A stretch of DNA of 64,000 nucleotides from positions 10,478,001-10,542,000 of the forward strand of contig CP075494.1 of NCBI GenBank assembly GCA_021613535.1. Direction: 5' to 3'. Origin of the DNA: Adineta vaga (taxonomy: Eukaryota; Animalia; Rotifera). Every line of letters begins with the position of its first letter. Within the stretch, counting starts at the first letter, position 1. The notes under the pieces are model-generated. The model was not told where the DNA came from. It ran no database searches and saw only the letters and a list, made by a program, of their open reading frames with translations. The position numbers were made by a program, and so were the translations under genes. Of this stretch, positions 1 through 13,933 are shown piece by piece.

Positions 1-2459
1 TCAGAACGTGACATTTCCGTCTTGTTATCTATTTGATCAAATAAGAAGGAAGTTGTATTCATGCTGCTCAAGAATTTTCTTTCCTGACTGACTAACTAAC
101 TAGATATGAACAGACCGAATGTACTCCAGCCGTTCCATGTCAATCAACGTATACATACATCTAAACTTACCTGATAATAATAATTGTGGACGTATCTGTT
201 TTATTCAATGTGAAAATGTAATTATTCTGTTTCGATACTTCTCGTTTTTACGTTCAATCTCAAGGGTATGAAACAAACTGATGTGAACAGACAATAAACC
301 TTTGCATTTTTAGCATGCCATGACTAATAAATATATGCGAAGAAGAAAAGAAAAAGAGAAGAGAGACTTACTTTCTTTTTTTTTCATATATATATATATC
401 GTTTTGTGCGTGTGTACATATATATATATATGAACTATGAAAGTTTCCTACTACCACGCGATGATAACCTTCATCTTCTTTCGGTTTATTCATTAAAAGA
501 AAAAAAAGGAGGCGTAAACCGAGACATCATCGAATGATCAAGGTACTTATATATATATATATTCTACTAATTTGTAAAAAAAGTTCGTTTGAAAAAATAT
601 ATCTTAGTAATATTAAACCTGAATAAGATAGGAGAACATGTATATGTACATTGTTATTCCTACCACTTACTTTTTTTCAGGTAGTACTCATTCCAAATGA
701 ATACACTCGTTGACAAAATGACAACATTAATGGACAGGTTGATGCAATCAAAATGATTGAAGAGAATAAGTAGAGACGTCTAGGCCTAGCAGACAAGTAT
801 AAATATGAAAAAAATGAAGAGGATACTCAATTTTAGCATGAATAAGCATATAAATACACAAGATTTACCATCGATGATTTCTTCTGATTATTCGAGCTAC
901 TGGTCAGACTACCATCGTTTCCCATCTAATCAGACCTCCAAAGCGTGTGTGCATGCCGATCCCCTAATGAATATATATATATATGTACACTATTCATCTG
1001 CATATATCGATTCCATCGTTGAACAACAATCTCTGAAGTATGATGTAAACAAGCCCAAGAGAGAATGAAGAAGAAAAATCGAATAGATTTATTCTGATTT
1101 TATTCTTTCAAGTTAGTTATTCATATGTCACAAAGATTACAGTCTAAGAATTACGGTTCACTAAATACTTCCCTCTTTCTTACCAGCAAATATCGATTGA
1201 TCTAACAATATAATCTACATAATTGACTTTTTAGGGTATAGATATATATACGATTGCGTGTGTGCATAAAGAAATGAAAAAAAAGAGTGAGAGAGAGAGA
1301 GATAATATGCGTTGATTGATGGTCAACGAGAACATGTCTTGAGGATTAGACGAACATGTTCTATACTTCGTTTGTTATTTGACTAACGATGACGAGCATC
1401 ATTAAAATACAATTACACCGACTTGTCTTGATCTTTTTCTATATCTCTTTTCGAATCCATTCGATGATCATCATAGCATGCACAAAAAAAGAAAAGATCA
1501 AAGAAGTTCATTTGATCGTTTTCACAATTGTCAGAAATACTCATAAGATTTTCTTTTCCTACCACAACGTATGTCACGACATTTGAAAACATCGATTCAT
1601 GTTTGTATATTTTCTTCTTCTAACCTTCTCATTCTAATCATTTGATTGCAATATAAACAAAATATCGATCTATTTATCTAATCATGACAATGCATCATTT
1701 AATCTAATAGATATAGTTTAATCACTTAAAGGGTTCAAATCTCCTGATAACATAACTCATCGAGATTGATTTCTTACATCATAGACGATGAGTTCAATGT
1801 ATTCATGTTTTGTTCCGATGACATCGAATGAAGAACTCAGCATTCGAGATAAATATATTAGATCATCCATCTTAGATAGTAGACAAGCGTGAGAAGTATC
1901 GATGACAGCATAGTTTGCAACATGAATTTGTTTTCCTATTCAGCTCGTTTATCGTTCAAGCAATAAAATGGATATGCTCTTTCTTTTCTCGTTACTTAAA
2001 ACACTTACGAATAAAGTTCTATTGCCGGGGGAAATAAGAATATTATACAAAGATTCAAGGATATTTTCTTTTAAAATCGCTTCTGATACGATAAAACAAG
2101 GACATCGTTTTGTTTTCATAGAACATACTTCAACTTCTTTCCCCTAAAAGTAATCAAATAATGTTATTTATATTCCATTCTGTAGAGCATCTTGTTAGGA
2201 TTGGATATCATTAATAGTTTATGAAAATCTCATATGTTAGTTAATGTCAATCAACTTTAACCTTCATTCAATATCCTTTTACTTCACACATGTGTAATCA
2301 ATGAAAATAGGTTCATTATGATTTCCATTAATTCAATCTTGATATTAGCGTGTTTATTCAATATTTACCACAAACAACAAAAAATGTTTTTTTTTTCGCA
2401 ATAAAATATTTAGATATTTGCTGTGTGTCTTGTTTTTATATACTCATCGGCAGTGATTT

Positions 2460-5400
2460 TTAACGATATTTTCGAAATAATTCATGTTGCGGTTTGTTTG
2501 ATCGAGATGATTTATTATTTGTTGGCTTCTTAACATTTCTTACTTCCGTATATGTTGTCTTATCAGCACCGGATAAAGAATTCATTGTACCAACACGACG
2601 ATCAACAGATGTCTAAATAGACAAAAATTTGGCATCTTTTTCTCTCAAGAAAACAAAGAACTTACTGTTGATGGTACAACTTGACTAATAGTTTCTTCAT
2701 CTTTGTCTTCACCTCGATCTGTTGCCATAAGAACACGTTCAAGTAATTGTCGTTGTTCGTCTTTAGTTGAATAGAATAGATTATCTTCTTCACTTGCTAA
2801 TCGTGTTATAACTTTATATGAATAACCTTGATTAATAAGAAAACTTTGTCGTTTAGCTGAATAATACATTTCTACAGTATCTTGAGAGACCAGTGAATAA
2901 AAAAATGCATTATATTCTTCAACGATCATGCCTGAAAAAAAACCAAAACGATTTATTTAGAAGAAAACTTTCGAAAATAGACCTTTTTTTGCACGTAAAA
3001 TTCGACCAAGTCGTTGTGCTTCTTGTCTTCTCGATCCACCATGACTGGATATTTGAATCAAAACATTAGCATCAGGTAAATCAAATGATGTATCAGCAAC
3101 CTAAATTCATTCTCTCTTTTCTTACTTATCAAGATTTTCAATCTATTCAATTTACTTTCGAAACAAAGATTGTATTAATTCTTGGATTATGTTGAAAATT
3201 TTGTAAAATTTGAATACGTTCACTTTGCGATGTTTTACCACAAATATACGGTCTAAAGAAAATCCTTAATTAGGAAAAGAAAAAACCGATGAAATACATA
3301 CTTGTCAAGTTTTTTCGCATATGTTTCTAATGCAACCATACTGTCAGAAAAGACGATGACTTTATCATTTCGTCGTTCATGATAACGTATTAAAAATTGA
3401 CAAGCACGAAATTTATTTGGATTCATAACGCATAGAAGTATTCGACGATTCTTATCGTTTTTAACTGAAACATATTCTTGGAAAAAATCAGGTGTCATTT
3501 GACACCAAACTTCAGCACATTGAACTTTAGCAATATGACCAAGATTTTGTAATTCCATCCAATTTGCTTCATAAAGTTTTGGACCAATAAGAAAATTTAA
3601 ATCAGTAATTTTATCATCTTCACGAACTAATGTGGCTGTCAAACCTAGTTTTGTATGAGCACGAACAATAGTTAATACTTTACGAAATCGTTCGGCAGGA
3701 ATCGTATGAACTTCATCGAGAAGCATTAAACCCCATTCACGATCTTTGAGTAATTTCATGACTTCAGTTGTATCCGCATTACATCGTTCCGTACGCGCAA
3801 TCATTGGATACGTACTAATACATACACAAGAATCTAGAGAAGAAAACAAAGGAAATGATATACTCAAAATTATCAATCATAACTTTACCATTTGGTTTTT
3901 CTTTATCATCTGAAGTAAATAATCGCACTTTTGAATCATCGGCTGTTGACCACATTTTAAATTGTTGTTTCCATTGTTGTACAGATACATTTGAATTACA
4001 AAGTACTAAACAACTTTTATTTATTGTACAAGCAGCTGTAACTCCGACTAAAGATTTTCCCGCTCCACATGGAAGAACAATCAATCCAGATCGTGCACGA
4101 CCATTACCAAACATTTTTCTTAAACTTTTCTCTTGATAAGGACGTAATATTGCATTTGGTCGTAATTCGATATTTAAATTTTTCAAAACTGTATCATGAC
4201 GAAAATCGTATTCTTCCAATAATGGATGTTCGATTTCTTGACATCGTTTGCGTAACTGTTCGATCTTACTTTGAATGACTTCGAACGAAACAATTTTTAA
4301 ATCTTCAATATCTTCTTCATCTCGATCGATCTTTTCATATAAACGACGAATATCATCGGGAACTTGTTCATTTGTTGTAGTTGCTCCTGTTTCTGTAGTA
4401 GTTGCAGCAGTAGTTGCTACTGTTCCAGGAATAACTAAACGAGCTTTTTCATTTGTGGCTGTTTTCGTATCTGTGGTATTTCCATTCGATACTAATCGAC
4501 ATTCTTCAATCACGGGATCTTGAAGAATATGTTTTAAAACATCCTAATTGAAATCAATGAAGAATATTTTTTCGAAACAAAATATCACATTCACATACAG
4601 GAAATGCACTTTCAACAAAATATCGATTATGTTTCAATACTAATTTTACTTTTGCATAACTCAATGTACACATCTAAAATATTCATTTCGTATAGAAATT
4701 CGAATTGAAAATACAATTCTTACTTTGATAAATTCAATAATTCCTTCAGGGATCGATGTTTTACTCAATCGTTGTAAATATTCGATAATATCTTTTGTTT
4801 GTAAACCAACGGAAACAGCAGCATAAAGAGAATATGCAGATAATTTATATTCATGAATATATTCCGGTCGACAAACTGGCTAAAAATTCAACAACAAAAT
4901 TAATCTTGGTTTGGAATAGAATTTCATTCAATACTTCAGCAATTGCAATTAAAAAATCATGTGCATGTTTGTAAACTGATGAAAAAGATTCCAGAAAAAT
5001 ATGGCCATCTAAAATGGCAATGATTGTGTGGAGAAATATAGAAGGAATCTTGTTTTTCTACCTGATGTAACCCAAAGAGGTCGATTTTCATGATCAGGCT
5101 TTAATTCCATTTCTCCTCGACAATCTTTATATCCGTGACTTGTTGATCCAGTTGTTGATGATCGATACAAATCATCATCTTCACCATCGGCTGAATCATC
5201 TAAACGTCGACTTGCTGCTTGAGGAACAAATATTTCTATTTAAATAAAAGTAAATTTAGAATTTATTCATATATTTCTATTTAATTACCATCGTTTCCAT
5301 CTTTATCATCAAAATCATCATCTTTTTCATTATTATCAATACTTTTCAATAATTTCGATAATCGTCCTGGTGGATCTCGTGAAGCTGTTCGTTTACTCAT
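2460..5400 (-). CDS. ERCC3: TFIIH helicase/translocase subunit XPB (multi-exon)
   Basis: ORFs carry [21 protein letters not shown], Walker [13 protein letters not shown] box, [14 protein letters not shown] and [17 protein letters not shown] at 5400; C-terminus HELFRKYR* ends at 2460; short GT-AG introns. Confidence 0.96.
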
Positions 5401-5668
5401 TGTTTATGAAGGAATCTGTTTATAAAGATAAAGATTAATTAATGCGTAACCAATGGCTATAAATACAATAACTGCACCAAGAATCAAATCGTATGTTCTA
5501 AATGCAGATAAAGAATTTACTGATTGTTTCTCATTTCGCATTACTTCAATTCAAATCTGAAACAAATGTATAGAATAGATATGTATATGTATACATTTAC
5601 AATATTGAAGTTTAAATGTGTTGTTTTTTTTTCATCTTGAAAGAACACAAAAAGAAAAGAGAAAACAA

Positions 5669-6672
5669 TCATTTTTTAGGAGCATCTACTGGTTCTTGTT
5701 TTATTTCCATGCCTTCATCTTCATAACCTTCCACAGGTTCGAGATTATTTGCTGAATCTTCATGTAATAAAACATATTCTCGAGTACTAAAGCCAAATTT
5801 AATCACATCATTTTCTTGTATTTCATAATAACGTTGTGGATCAATCTTTTCATTATTAAGAAATGTTCCATTTGCCGAACCTAAATCAATTATATACGGT
5901 ACGACACGACGTCCCATTGTACCATTGTCGCGTTTATAATCCATTAAACGATATTGTAAAACAGCATGTTGTTTCGAACATGATGGATGATCAACGGGTA
6001 AATCACAAATAGCACGTTCACGACCAATTAAATATGCAGATTGTCGATGAATCTGATACATTGGTAATTCCTATTACAAAAAAAAAAGAAATGAAAACAT
6101 GATTTAGTATTGCAATTGAGAAGAATTATGAAATGTTAATTACTTGATCTCCTTTGAAAACATACAGTCGCCATCTTCGTTTCGGTTTTCTTGCTTCAAT
6201 AGGTTCACTATATTTAATAACAACACCTTTATATGTATTGGTATCTTTGAGTAAAGCACCGGATAGAGCAAAATTTGGTTTTTCTTTCTCAACGGGAGCT
6301 TCTTTTGGTTTGTCTTTTTCTGTTTCTTTTCCCCATTGATAGTTCGCTTCTCCTTGATTACGTTGTTGATGACGTTGACGATTTCGTGGTGGTTGATCTG
6401 AAGATCTTTCTTGTCGATTACGACGAGGTTCATCATTATCAGTTACCGGTTCTTGTTTGACACGAACATCTAAAAATATCAATAGAAATATGACGCTCAT
6501 GTGAAAACAATTTTACTGTACTTGAATATGATTTTTTGTCATCACCAGATCGTCGTCTTTGATGACGACGTTGATTATCATCGGAATCAGATGCTGATGA
6601 GTCTCTTCGACGTTTGCTCTTGTGATGTGAACTAGAATGACGATGTGGAGATGATTTAGGTGAACGAACCAT
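5669..6672 (-). CDS. SNIP1: Smad nuclear-interacting protein 1 (FHA domain, RES complex)
   Basis: RS-rich N-terminus, EKPNFALSGALLKDTNTYKGVVIKYSEPIEARKP, and FHA motifs GRE...DHPSCSKQHAVLQYR...DLGSANGTFLN; 3 exons. Confidence 0.94.
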
Positions 6673-7446
6673 TGTGATATTTTTCTAATACTATTGTGAA
6701 AATGAAGTATTTATGACGAAAGTATTATTCCTCTTTGTTTATTTGTTTCTTTCAATAACCAATTGGCATAAAGAGTTCTATAGATGACGCCACGAAATAG
6801 TGTCGAGCGATTTTGTATGATTATCTTTCTTTTCCCTACTAAGTCAAGTACATAGTGAATGATTGATGGATTAAGAAGATCTATTGCATCATTATGAAAG
6901 ATACAATCATTAGTATAAAAACGACATTGAATTTTTGTTTGCTATTCAAAAGAAAGGATCAATGTACATGTTTACATATTCATAATGAAGATAAGATACA
7001 TTTTCATGGTTTAATTGATAACAAGAATGATATAGAAGTTGTTTTTGTCTGTCAGTATCAATTATTTAGTGTCTTGTTTATATTTTATAAATAAATATAT
7101 ATTCGAGGAGAGAATATTGTTTCGCTTATCAACTTGTTAATGTTACTATAAACAGGTAAGTAATAGAGTAGGATTCTTTTTTTTTGTCATAGACTATAAT
7201 GATTTGTTCATATAGGTAAGGACCGACGTTTTCGATTAAGGTTGAAACCTTGTTCTGACCTTGTAGATTTTCTTTTAATGTAACGCTGATTAATTCTTCA
7301 AGAGCAGTAGACATTTTATATACGGTCATTATCGTTTCAAAAAGAGTAAGAGAAAGAGAAAGGGAACATAAATGATGTGATCGGTTGGCATCAGCATGAA
7401 CATAGCATAGTACTTAAATAATCATCATTTGATTTCTAATAGAGAA

Positions 7447-8229
7447 ATGGTCACAGAAGAAGAAAAACTTGATTGGTCGACTGATTTAATTGATTCACTT
7501 TGGTTTCATATTGGAAGTTTTTTATCTATTAATGATATTGAACGTTTAAGTCGAACATCTTCTCGTTTACATACACTTTTTACGACGAATGATTATTGGT
7601 CATATCTTATACGAAAAAACTTTGGTTCAGCTATTTGGCGTCGTTTTATTAAGAATTCATCTGTTTTACAACAGAATGAAAATGAATTCCAATCATCCTG
7701 TCGTTCCAAATTAATCTATACGCAACTATTAAAACGTCAATGTATATCATTTGGTGATTTCGATCAGATCATTCTTGATACAAATCGTAATTATACAACG
7801 ATCAATGATTCATCAAGTTTAAATGATCATGTTCTTTACATACATGATTCGGTTGAATTTTGTTATGCTCTTCGTATTGAAACAACATTTAAAGATATTC
7901 TACCTGGTCGATATGATGTCATTTGTCGGATGAAACTTGATTTACCATATATGTTAGGTGAAACAGAATTTCTTGCAATTGCTGAACAAACAAATCCCGG
8001 TGAAATCGCTTATACACAATGGACACAAGAAGATTTTCTTTCTATGTATCGATGTTTTAATTGTGATTTAACTGGAACGAACCTCTGGTTTTATCAGCGC
8101 ATAGGTATTGTGGAAATTCATGGTAATGATTTATGTAATGTATATGTTTCGATTACGAATCATGATCCAATACATGCAAAACATGGAGTTTATTTGGATT
8201 TTATTGAATTAAAACTACGATCAGAATAG
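7447..8229 (+). CDS. F-box protein with putative PP2-like (phloem protein 2 lectin-type) C-terminal domain; intronless
   Basis: F-box-like start LIDSLWFHIGSFLSINDIERLSRTSSRLHTL. C-terminal ILPGRYDVICRMKL and KHGVYLDFIELK resemble PP2-type motifs; the domain call is tentative. Confidence 0.6.
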   Translation: MVTEEEKLDWSTDLIDSLWFHIGSFLSINDIERLSRTSSRLHTLFTTNDYWSYLIRKNFGSAIWRRFIKNSSVLQQNENEFQSSCRSKLIYTQLLKRQCISFGDFDQIILDTNRNYTTINDSSSLNDHVLYIHDSVEFCYALRIETTFKDILPGRYDVICRMKLDLPYMLGETEFLAIAEQTNPGEIAYTQWTQEDFLSMYRCFNCDLTGTNLWFYQRIGIVEIHGNDLCNVYVSITNHDPIHAKHGVYLDFIELKLRSE

Positions 8230-8395
8230 CAAAAGCAAAAGCAAAAATAAACAGAGAAGAGAGTAATTGTTCTATATGTTTTTCGTTTTTTTCTCGTTTA
8301 TATATTGTAGATTAAATGTAATAGGATAGTTTTTATTTAACGTTTATAGGAAAATATTACAGTGATCAATGTATTTTATAAAGAAAAATTTGATT

Positions 8396-9490
8396 TTATG
8401 AAAAACATTGACTTTTCAATTGAAAAGTTGATTGAAAACGTCCATTGGAATCAATTAAATGTACTCGATCGATTTCGAATTCATTGGTTTGATATGTCCA
8501 ACTTTGTGTATAACGATCACCAACATCGGTTAAGTCCGTTTTATTTAATTCTCCGAGGATTAATGTTCCATCGAAATTAGAATTCTTATTTAGATTTAAT
8601 CGTTGAAGTGGTTCGATATCCATCGGTTTGAGAAATAGACGATTTGTTGAATAATTAAAACAGATTGATCGTGCACCAAAATTCAGTATAAATTTCGAAA
8701 TTGAATCGAGTTGGAGGCGCAGATCGAACTCTTGAGGATGTGTTTCATATTCAGTAAGAATGATACGAAATGGTTTCAAAGGATGAAATGATGTATCGCT
8801 AAATAAATGCAGAAGACGAGAAGAAAATTCATCGGGTGGAACAATACATAAACAAGTCTTTGTTGATTGTGCTGTTGGAAGAATTGGAACGACTTCTTTA
8901 GAAGTTTCAACAGGAAGATATTCTTCTTCTTTTTCTTCTAATTTACCACCAATTAGAAAAACTTGACTTTTGATAGAAAATAAATCATCTGGATCATTTT
9001 CACGACTAATTAAACAAACACGATCAACAGTAAATCGAATTGGTTTCCATTGAGCTTTGATTTCAATTAGAATATCCGATATTCTTGATGTTGTTGTTTG
9101 ACCTAATGTTAAATGTGCTTCAAATGGTCGTGAATCGATCGATAATGATTTTGATAACAAATTGTGAATGTTTTGTTGAAGTTCACAAACATGTTTCGTT
9201 ATTTTCGGTCGTAAATGAAATGTACATTCATTACCTTTTTGTTTAAAATAATGAAATGATGATTGATCAAATTCAATATCAAATGATTCTTTCGAATTTA
9301 AAATTGAATCTAATTGACGTTTAATATTTTCAAATTCAGATTCGAATACAAATGGATAAATTAAATTAATATGTGGCATCCAACGTGGGTAAGCTTTATC
9401 ATGAACCGATCGAATTGATTGAATTTGGCTCCAAACATTTTCTGGTGGTATTAAACATAATGCTGTTTTATGTGTTATTTCACCAGGCAT
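8396..9490 (-). CDS. 2H phosphoesterase / 2'-5' RNA ligase-fold protein (LENG9-like); intronless
   Basis: HKTALCLIPP...HDKAYPRWMPHINLIYPF and second motif FEAHLTLGQ. The C-terminal half begins with a degenerate repeat KTCLCIVPP. Confidence 0.8.
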   Translation of the reverse strand: MPGEITHKTALCLIPPENVWSQIQSIRSVHDKAYPRWMPHINLIYPFVFESEFENIKRQLDSILNSKESFDIEFDQSSFHYFKQKGNECTFHLRPKITKHVCELQQNIHNLLSKSLSIDSRPFEAHLTLGQTTTSRISDILIEIKAQWKPIRFTVDRVCLISRENDPDDLFSIKSQVFLIGGKLEEKEEEYLPVETSKEVVPILPTAQSTKTCLCIVPPDEFSSRLLHLFSDTSFHPLKPFRIILTEYETHPQEFDLRLQLDSISKFILNFGARSICFNYSTNRLFLKPMDIEPLQRLNLNKNSNFDGTLILGELNKTDLTDVGDRYTQSWTYQTNEFEIDRVHLIDSNGRFQSTFQLKSQCFS

Positions 9491-9870
9491 ATTGTTTTTG
9501 ACGATGTAGAAAAAGAAATGAAATAAGTTTCAGACGAAAAGATAAGCATGTAGGCTTGTAATTGCATCATCAGAACAAAATGACATCAATATAAAACTAT
9601 ATTGCAACGATATGATGAAAGAAAAGAATCATAGAAACTAGTAAAATTGCCTTGAAGAGCATAAAGTTATAGTTAACGGTTTTGACTATTTATTTTTTTC
9701 ATTGGAGAACGAAAGAAGAAGTCTTCTCATCGTCGCTTTCTTTTTCTTATTGTTTCTATTAAATAAACCACAACGTATAGAAAGATGTACATTATAAACT
9801 TTTACTTTCATCAGTAGTCGAAGAGAAAAAAATATTTACATTCAACAGAATTCATTTTCTTGTGTTGATC

Positions 9871-10196
9871 ATGGCAACTTCAACTGTAAATCTCGAATTG
9901 CCTTTGCCTGAACCTCGCAATATTCAAGAACTTGTTAATTTAGTAATATTTGATCTATACGATTCATTCATATTGTCTTAGTTTTTTCTTTGAATATTAG
10001 GTTCAAACAACAATTACTCAAATTCAAGATAAATATGAACAAATGAGTAGTTCCATCATGGGCAAAAGTATGTTTTTAATCTTTCAAAATAACACATATA
10101 ATCTTGTCGTTTATAGTTAATGATGTAGGTCAACAAATCGATGGTCTCGAACGTAATGTTGCTCATATTATTTCGGAAAAAAATGCTAAAGCATAA
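9871..10196 (+). CDS. HSBP1: Heat shock factor-binding protein 1 (3 exons; absent from ORF track)
   Basis: Spliced translation MATSTVNLELPLPEPRNIQELVNL/VQTTITQIQDKYEQMSSSIMGK/INDVGQQIDGLERNVAHIISEKNAKA* follows the HSBP1 coiled-coil pattern. Confidence 0.85.
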
Positions 10197-10282
10197 AATG
10201 CTTCGATGATGTATATGAAATTGACTACATATGAAAGACAAATATTTAGTTTTATTAGTATATATAAAAACATATGTAGTTT

Positions 10283-11474
10283 TCATGGCCAATAAAGACT
10301 CAAATAAGCTTCTTTACGTTGAAGTTTTTTAATTAATCGATCCTCAAGTAACTAAAAATTATAACAACAATAAAGCATTGGAAATATACATTTATAAAAA
10401 GTTGTGATATTTTCATACCTGAACTCTTGCAGTAGTACCACCATGCTCATGAATATCCGAACAATCACGAACTTTCTCAAAAGCTTGAAGATATCTATAC
10501 AGAGAAAAAACAAACAAATGATTTCTATTTTCGAACAGGTTATTGAAAATTACGGTCTTTTGAATTTTTCTTGCCATTGCCAATTAAAATTAAAACATGG
10601 AGTACATAAAATTTCCTTGTGATATTGATAATAATCTCCTATTGGTTGTTTTCGACAAATTTCACACTAAAAGTATTCATCAGAATAGTGACATTCCTAT
10701 ATCATTTTCATACTTTATCAGTATTCGTTGGTACACATTTGGTTTTCACTACAGGCATCAAACTTGTTCGACCACCAAAACTATGTCGCATATGAGCTTG
10801 TCGATTCTGTTTGACATTCCATTCATACGTTCCCGGTCTTCATATCATCAAACAAATTTGTTTTCTTTTCCTGTCTAAATTGAAAAGAAAATCCTACCCT
10901 GGAAGATTGCCACGTTTAGCAAGTGATGGTAAACGATTTTCACCGACATTAAATGGTTTAAATGCTCGTTTCCTTTCTGAAACTTTTGTTAGATCCATTT
11001 GATAAGTATCTGGACTTGGTACATCAGTCTATTAAAACAATGATGAGCAATGTGTGATGAATTCAAGTATATCACCTTCGGTACAAAAACTTCTCGTTTT
11101 TCTGTTCGCGCATTGAATGTATAACCACGTTGACTCATCGGTTGATGATCAAGTACATATCGAAATGTTGTCTTTTCATCGTTGTCATATGAACCTGGTC
11201 CACTATATTCAATAAAGCAAAAGCATATCAAAAATATAACAAGAACATAACTGTATTTACAGATTTGGTACACCACGTATTGGTGTTTGATAATTTCCAA
11301 AGCAATCATGTTGAATATCAGTTGGAAATGTGGGACGATTGAGAAATGAGGAGCCGAAAACAACCTTTGCCGGTGGTTCATCACCTGAGTAGAGTAAATG
11401 TGCAAAACAAAGCGAAAAAAGAACGAGAAAATTTCTTACCGAAAAGCATTTTGTTTTGCTAATGAATGAAACAT
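10283..11474 (-). CDS. PIFO: Pitchfork / ciliary microtubule-associated protein 3 (PG-rich repeats, multi-exon)
   Basis: GPGSYDNDEKTTFRYVLDHQPMSQRGYTFNART and further PGP repeats; C-terminus KLQRKEAYLSLYWP*. Confidence 0.75.
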
Positions 11475-11856
11475 AAGATGTTATTCAAAACTTAACTATG
11501 AAAAGATTAGAAGTGCATGGTTACCCAGACAGCAATTATCAATATGTAGGAATAGATGGCGTGAAAAATTTTCCTTTTGATTTATTGATGAAATGTTGAC
11601 AAATTCAAATCAATACACTTCTCTTTTCAAATATTTTATCGTTCTTTCTAACGTTTCATGTTTTTGTTATTCTTATAACAATTATTGCTCATATCACTTT
11701 TCATCATATATCATATTACCATTGTATTCAATGTATATCTCTCATATTTTATTTTTGCATGATTAATAATTTTATTGAAATATATATTTATGTATTTTAA
11801 TTTAAACAAACATTCTCGTTTTAGTTCATTTCAGATTTTGTTTTTATCATAAAATC

Positions 11857-13933
11857 TCATTTAATAATTGATAAAAGTAATCGTTTATAATCTCCGGACG
11901 TATCACCTCCAACATCTTGAGCTAAAGATCGATTATACGTCTGTTGATATCGCATTTTAATTTGAGCCAGATCGATCTAAAAGAAGAGTTCTGTTAAACT
12001 TTTCTATGTTTTTTCTAAAACTTACTTCAGATCGCGAAACAATAACACGAATTAATGTCGAATCTTTTGTACCAAGACCACTAACAGCTTTATGGATACG
12101 TTCAGCAAAGAACGATGGTCGATCACGAACACATGTAATTAACACGAGATATGCATCTTGAGCATCACCAGAAAATTCCGATCGAATTACTTGTGCAATA
12201 TCTTTACGATGTTTCTGAATGTTGACGAAAACATAAAGTGACTTTTTTATTCGATAGAAATTGAACTTACTTGTTGATATTCTTCAAAAGTAGCACGAAG
12301 TTGATAATAACTACGCCGTGAAAATATAGCATTGAACGTTTTTTCATCTGTACCCATTTTACCAGCGCCAGCTTTGTATAAATCATCAGCATCTTGACGA
12401 GCACGATTGCTAAATCGATATAAATGATTAGTTTAAAAAAATTAGATGAAGATAATTGTTTCCTACCGATCAATGACACTTTCAATACCCATTTGTCGAG
12501 CTTGTTGAATTTGTTGAGGAGTAAGTTCTTCACGATTAGCCTAGAAAGAAATAGAAAGATTTCTAGAATATATTGAAGAAAACATTTCATCTTTTACCTG
12601 TATTGCAGATACCAACATACGTTTGAAATCTTTTCCACGTACACGATTAGTAATGTCATGTTCAAGATCTTTGTTATAGACTATATATAACAAGAGATAA
12701 ATTGAATATAATTCATCAATTATAAATAATTTTTCCATGTCTTACTTCGTCGATATGCATCAACAATTGCTCGAATTTCTCCATTGGTTCGTGTTAATAA
12801 AATTTCTCGTAATGTGCCTTCTCTTCCCGACTATATAAAAAGAGTATTCATATAATAAAAATATATTTCTCAGACAATAAATTCGAACATTTAAAGCTTC
12901 ATGTAATGCCCATGCTTCATAATTTGCAGGTGCATCGAAAAGAGCATTAATTGTTTCTTTAAAATGTCCACTTAATTCACCACCGACTTGTTTAACTAAA
13001 TCCTAAATTACCAAAAGAGATTAAGGCGATAGTTCAATGAATATGATACATACCACACCATACATCGTTTTATAATGAAGTTTAATTTGTTGACGTTGAA
13101 TATTTGACCGATTAGCGATTATATCAATCAACGCACGTTCATTTGTTCCTAGAAAAAAGAACTTTGTAATTTCAAATAAAGTTTTATCTAAGTAATGAAT
13201 TTACCTGCGCCTTTCATTGCATTGCTTAATGTTTGACAATCGGCTTCAGCATTGAAATTTTGTGCTGGATAAATTGTTCCTTGATATTGTTCTAAACTAG
13301 CAAGAAATATAGATGATTGTTCAATTGGGAGAAATCCTGGTTGTTGATTTAAAGCAGATGGCACGCCACCCTACGAAATAAAACATACAAATAATTTCAT
13401 TCGATTTAGAAAAACAATAAGAATATCTACTTACACCATAGCCGGGCTGTCCTTGCATGTTGTTGGGATACATTCCACTCGCTGCTGGTTGAGGAGGATA
13501 GGGTTGTTGATATTGTGAATTATCATATCCTATAATAATGATAATATTACTCATGAATTTAAATTTTGCTGATTTTTTTACCGCCGTACTGTTGTGGAGG
13601 TTGATTATACATTGGTTGTTGCATTTGTCCTCCACATGGTGGTGGTGGGTAAAAGTTTCCACCAGCACCTCCACCCATGCCATAAGATGCATTTTGCATT
13701 TGATTTCCACCATATTGATCGTAAGGTCCTGGTGGTGGATAATTATTATTGTTTGGCATTTGACCTGGTGTACCATAAAGAGATGCACACGATTGATTAT
13801 CATTATAGGAAGGCATTTGTGGTGGTGGTTGTTGAAATCCACTATCTTGTGGATAATTTGGATATCCACTATTTCCTCCACCATACTGTGGTGGATAACC
13901 ACCTCCTGGATTTCCATAGGGATAGCCACTCAT
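11857..13933 (-). CDS. Annexin with long G/Y/P/Q-rich N-terminus (annexin A7/A11-like)
   Basis: GYP-rich head MSGYPYGNPGGGYPP, then annexin repeats (AMKGAGTNERALIDIIANRSN, FFAERIHKAVSGLGTKDSTLIRVIVSRSE, GDTSGDYKRLLLSII). Confidence 0.93.

Noticed and set aside
1-2400. Short ORFs 805-1068 and 1389-1586
   Set aside because: No recognisable motifs; AT-rich, microsatellite-containing non-coding sequence.
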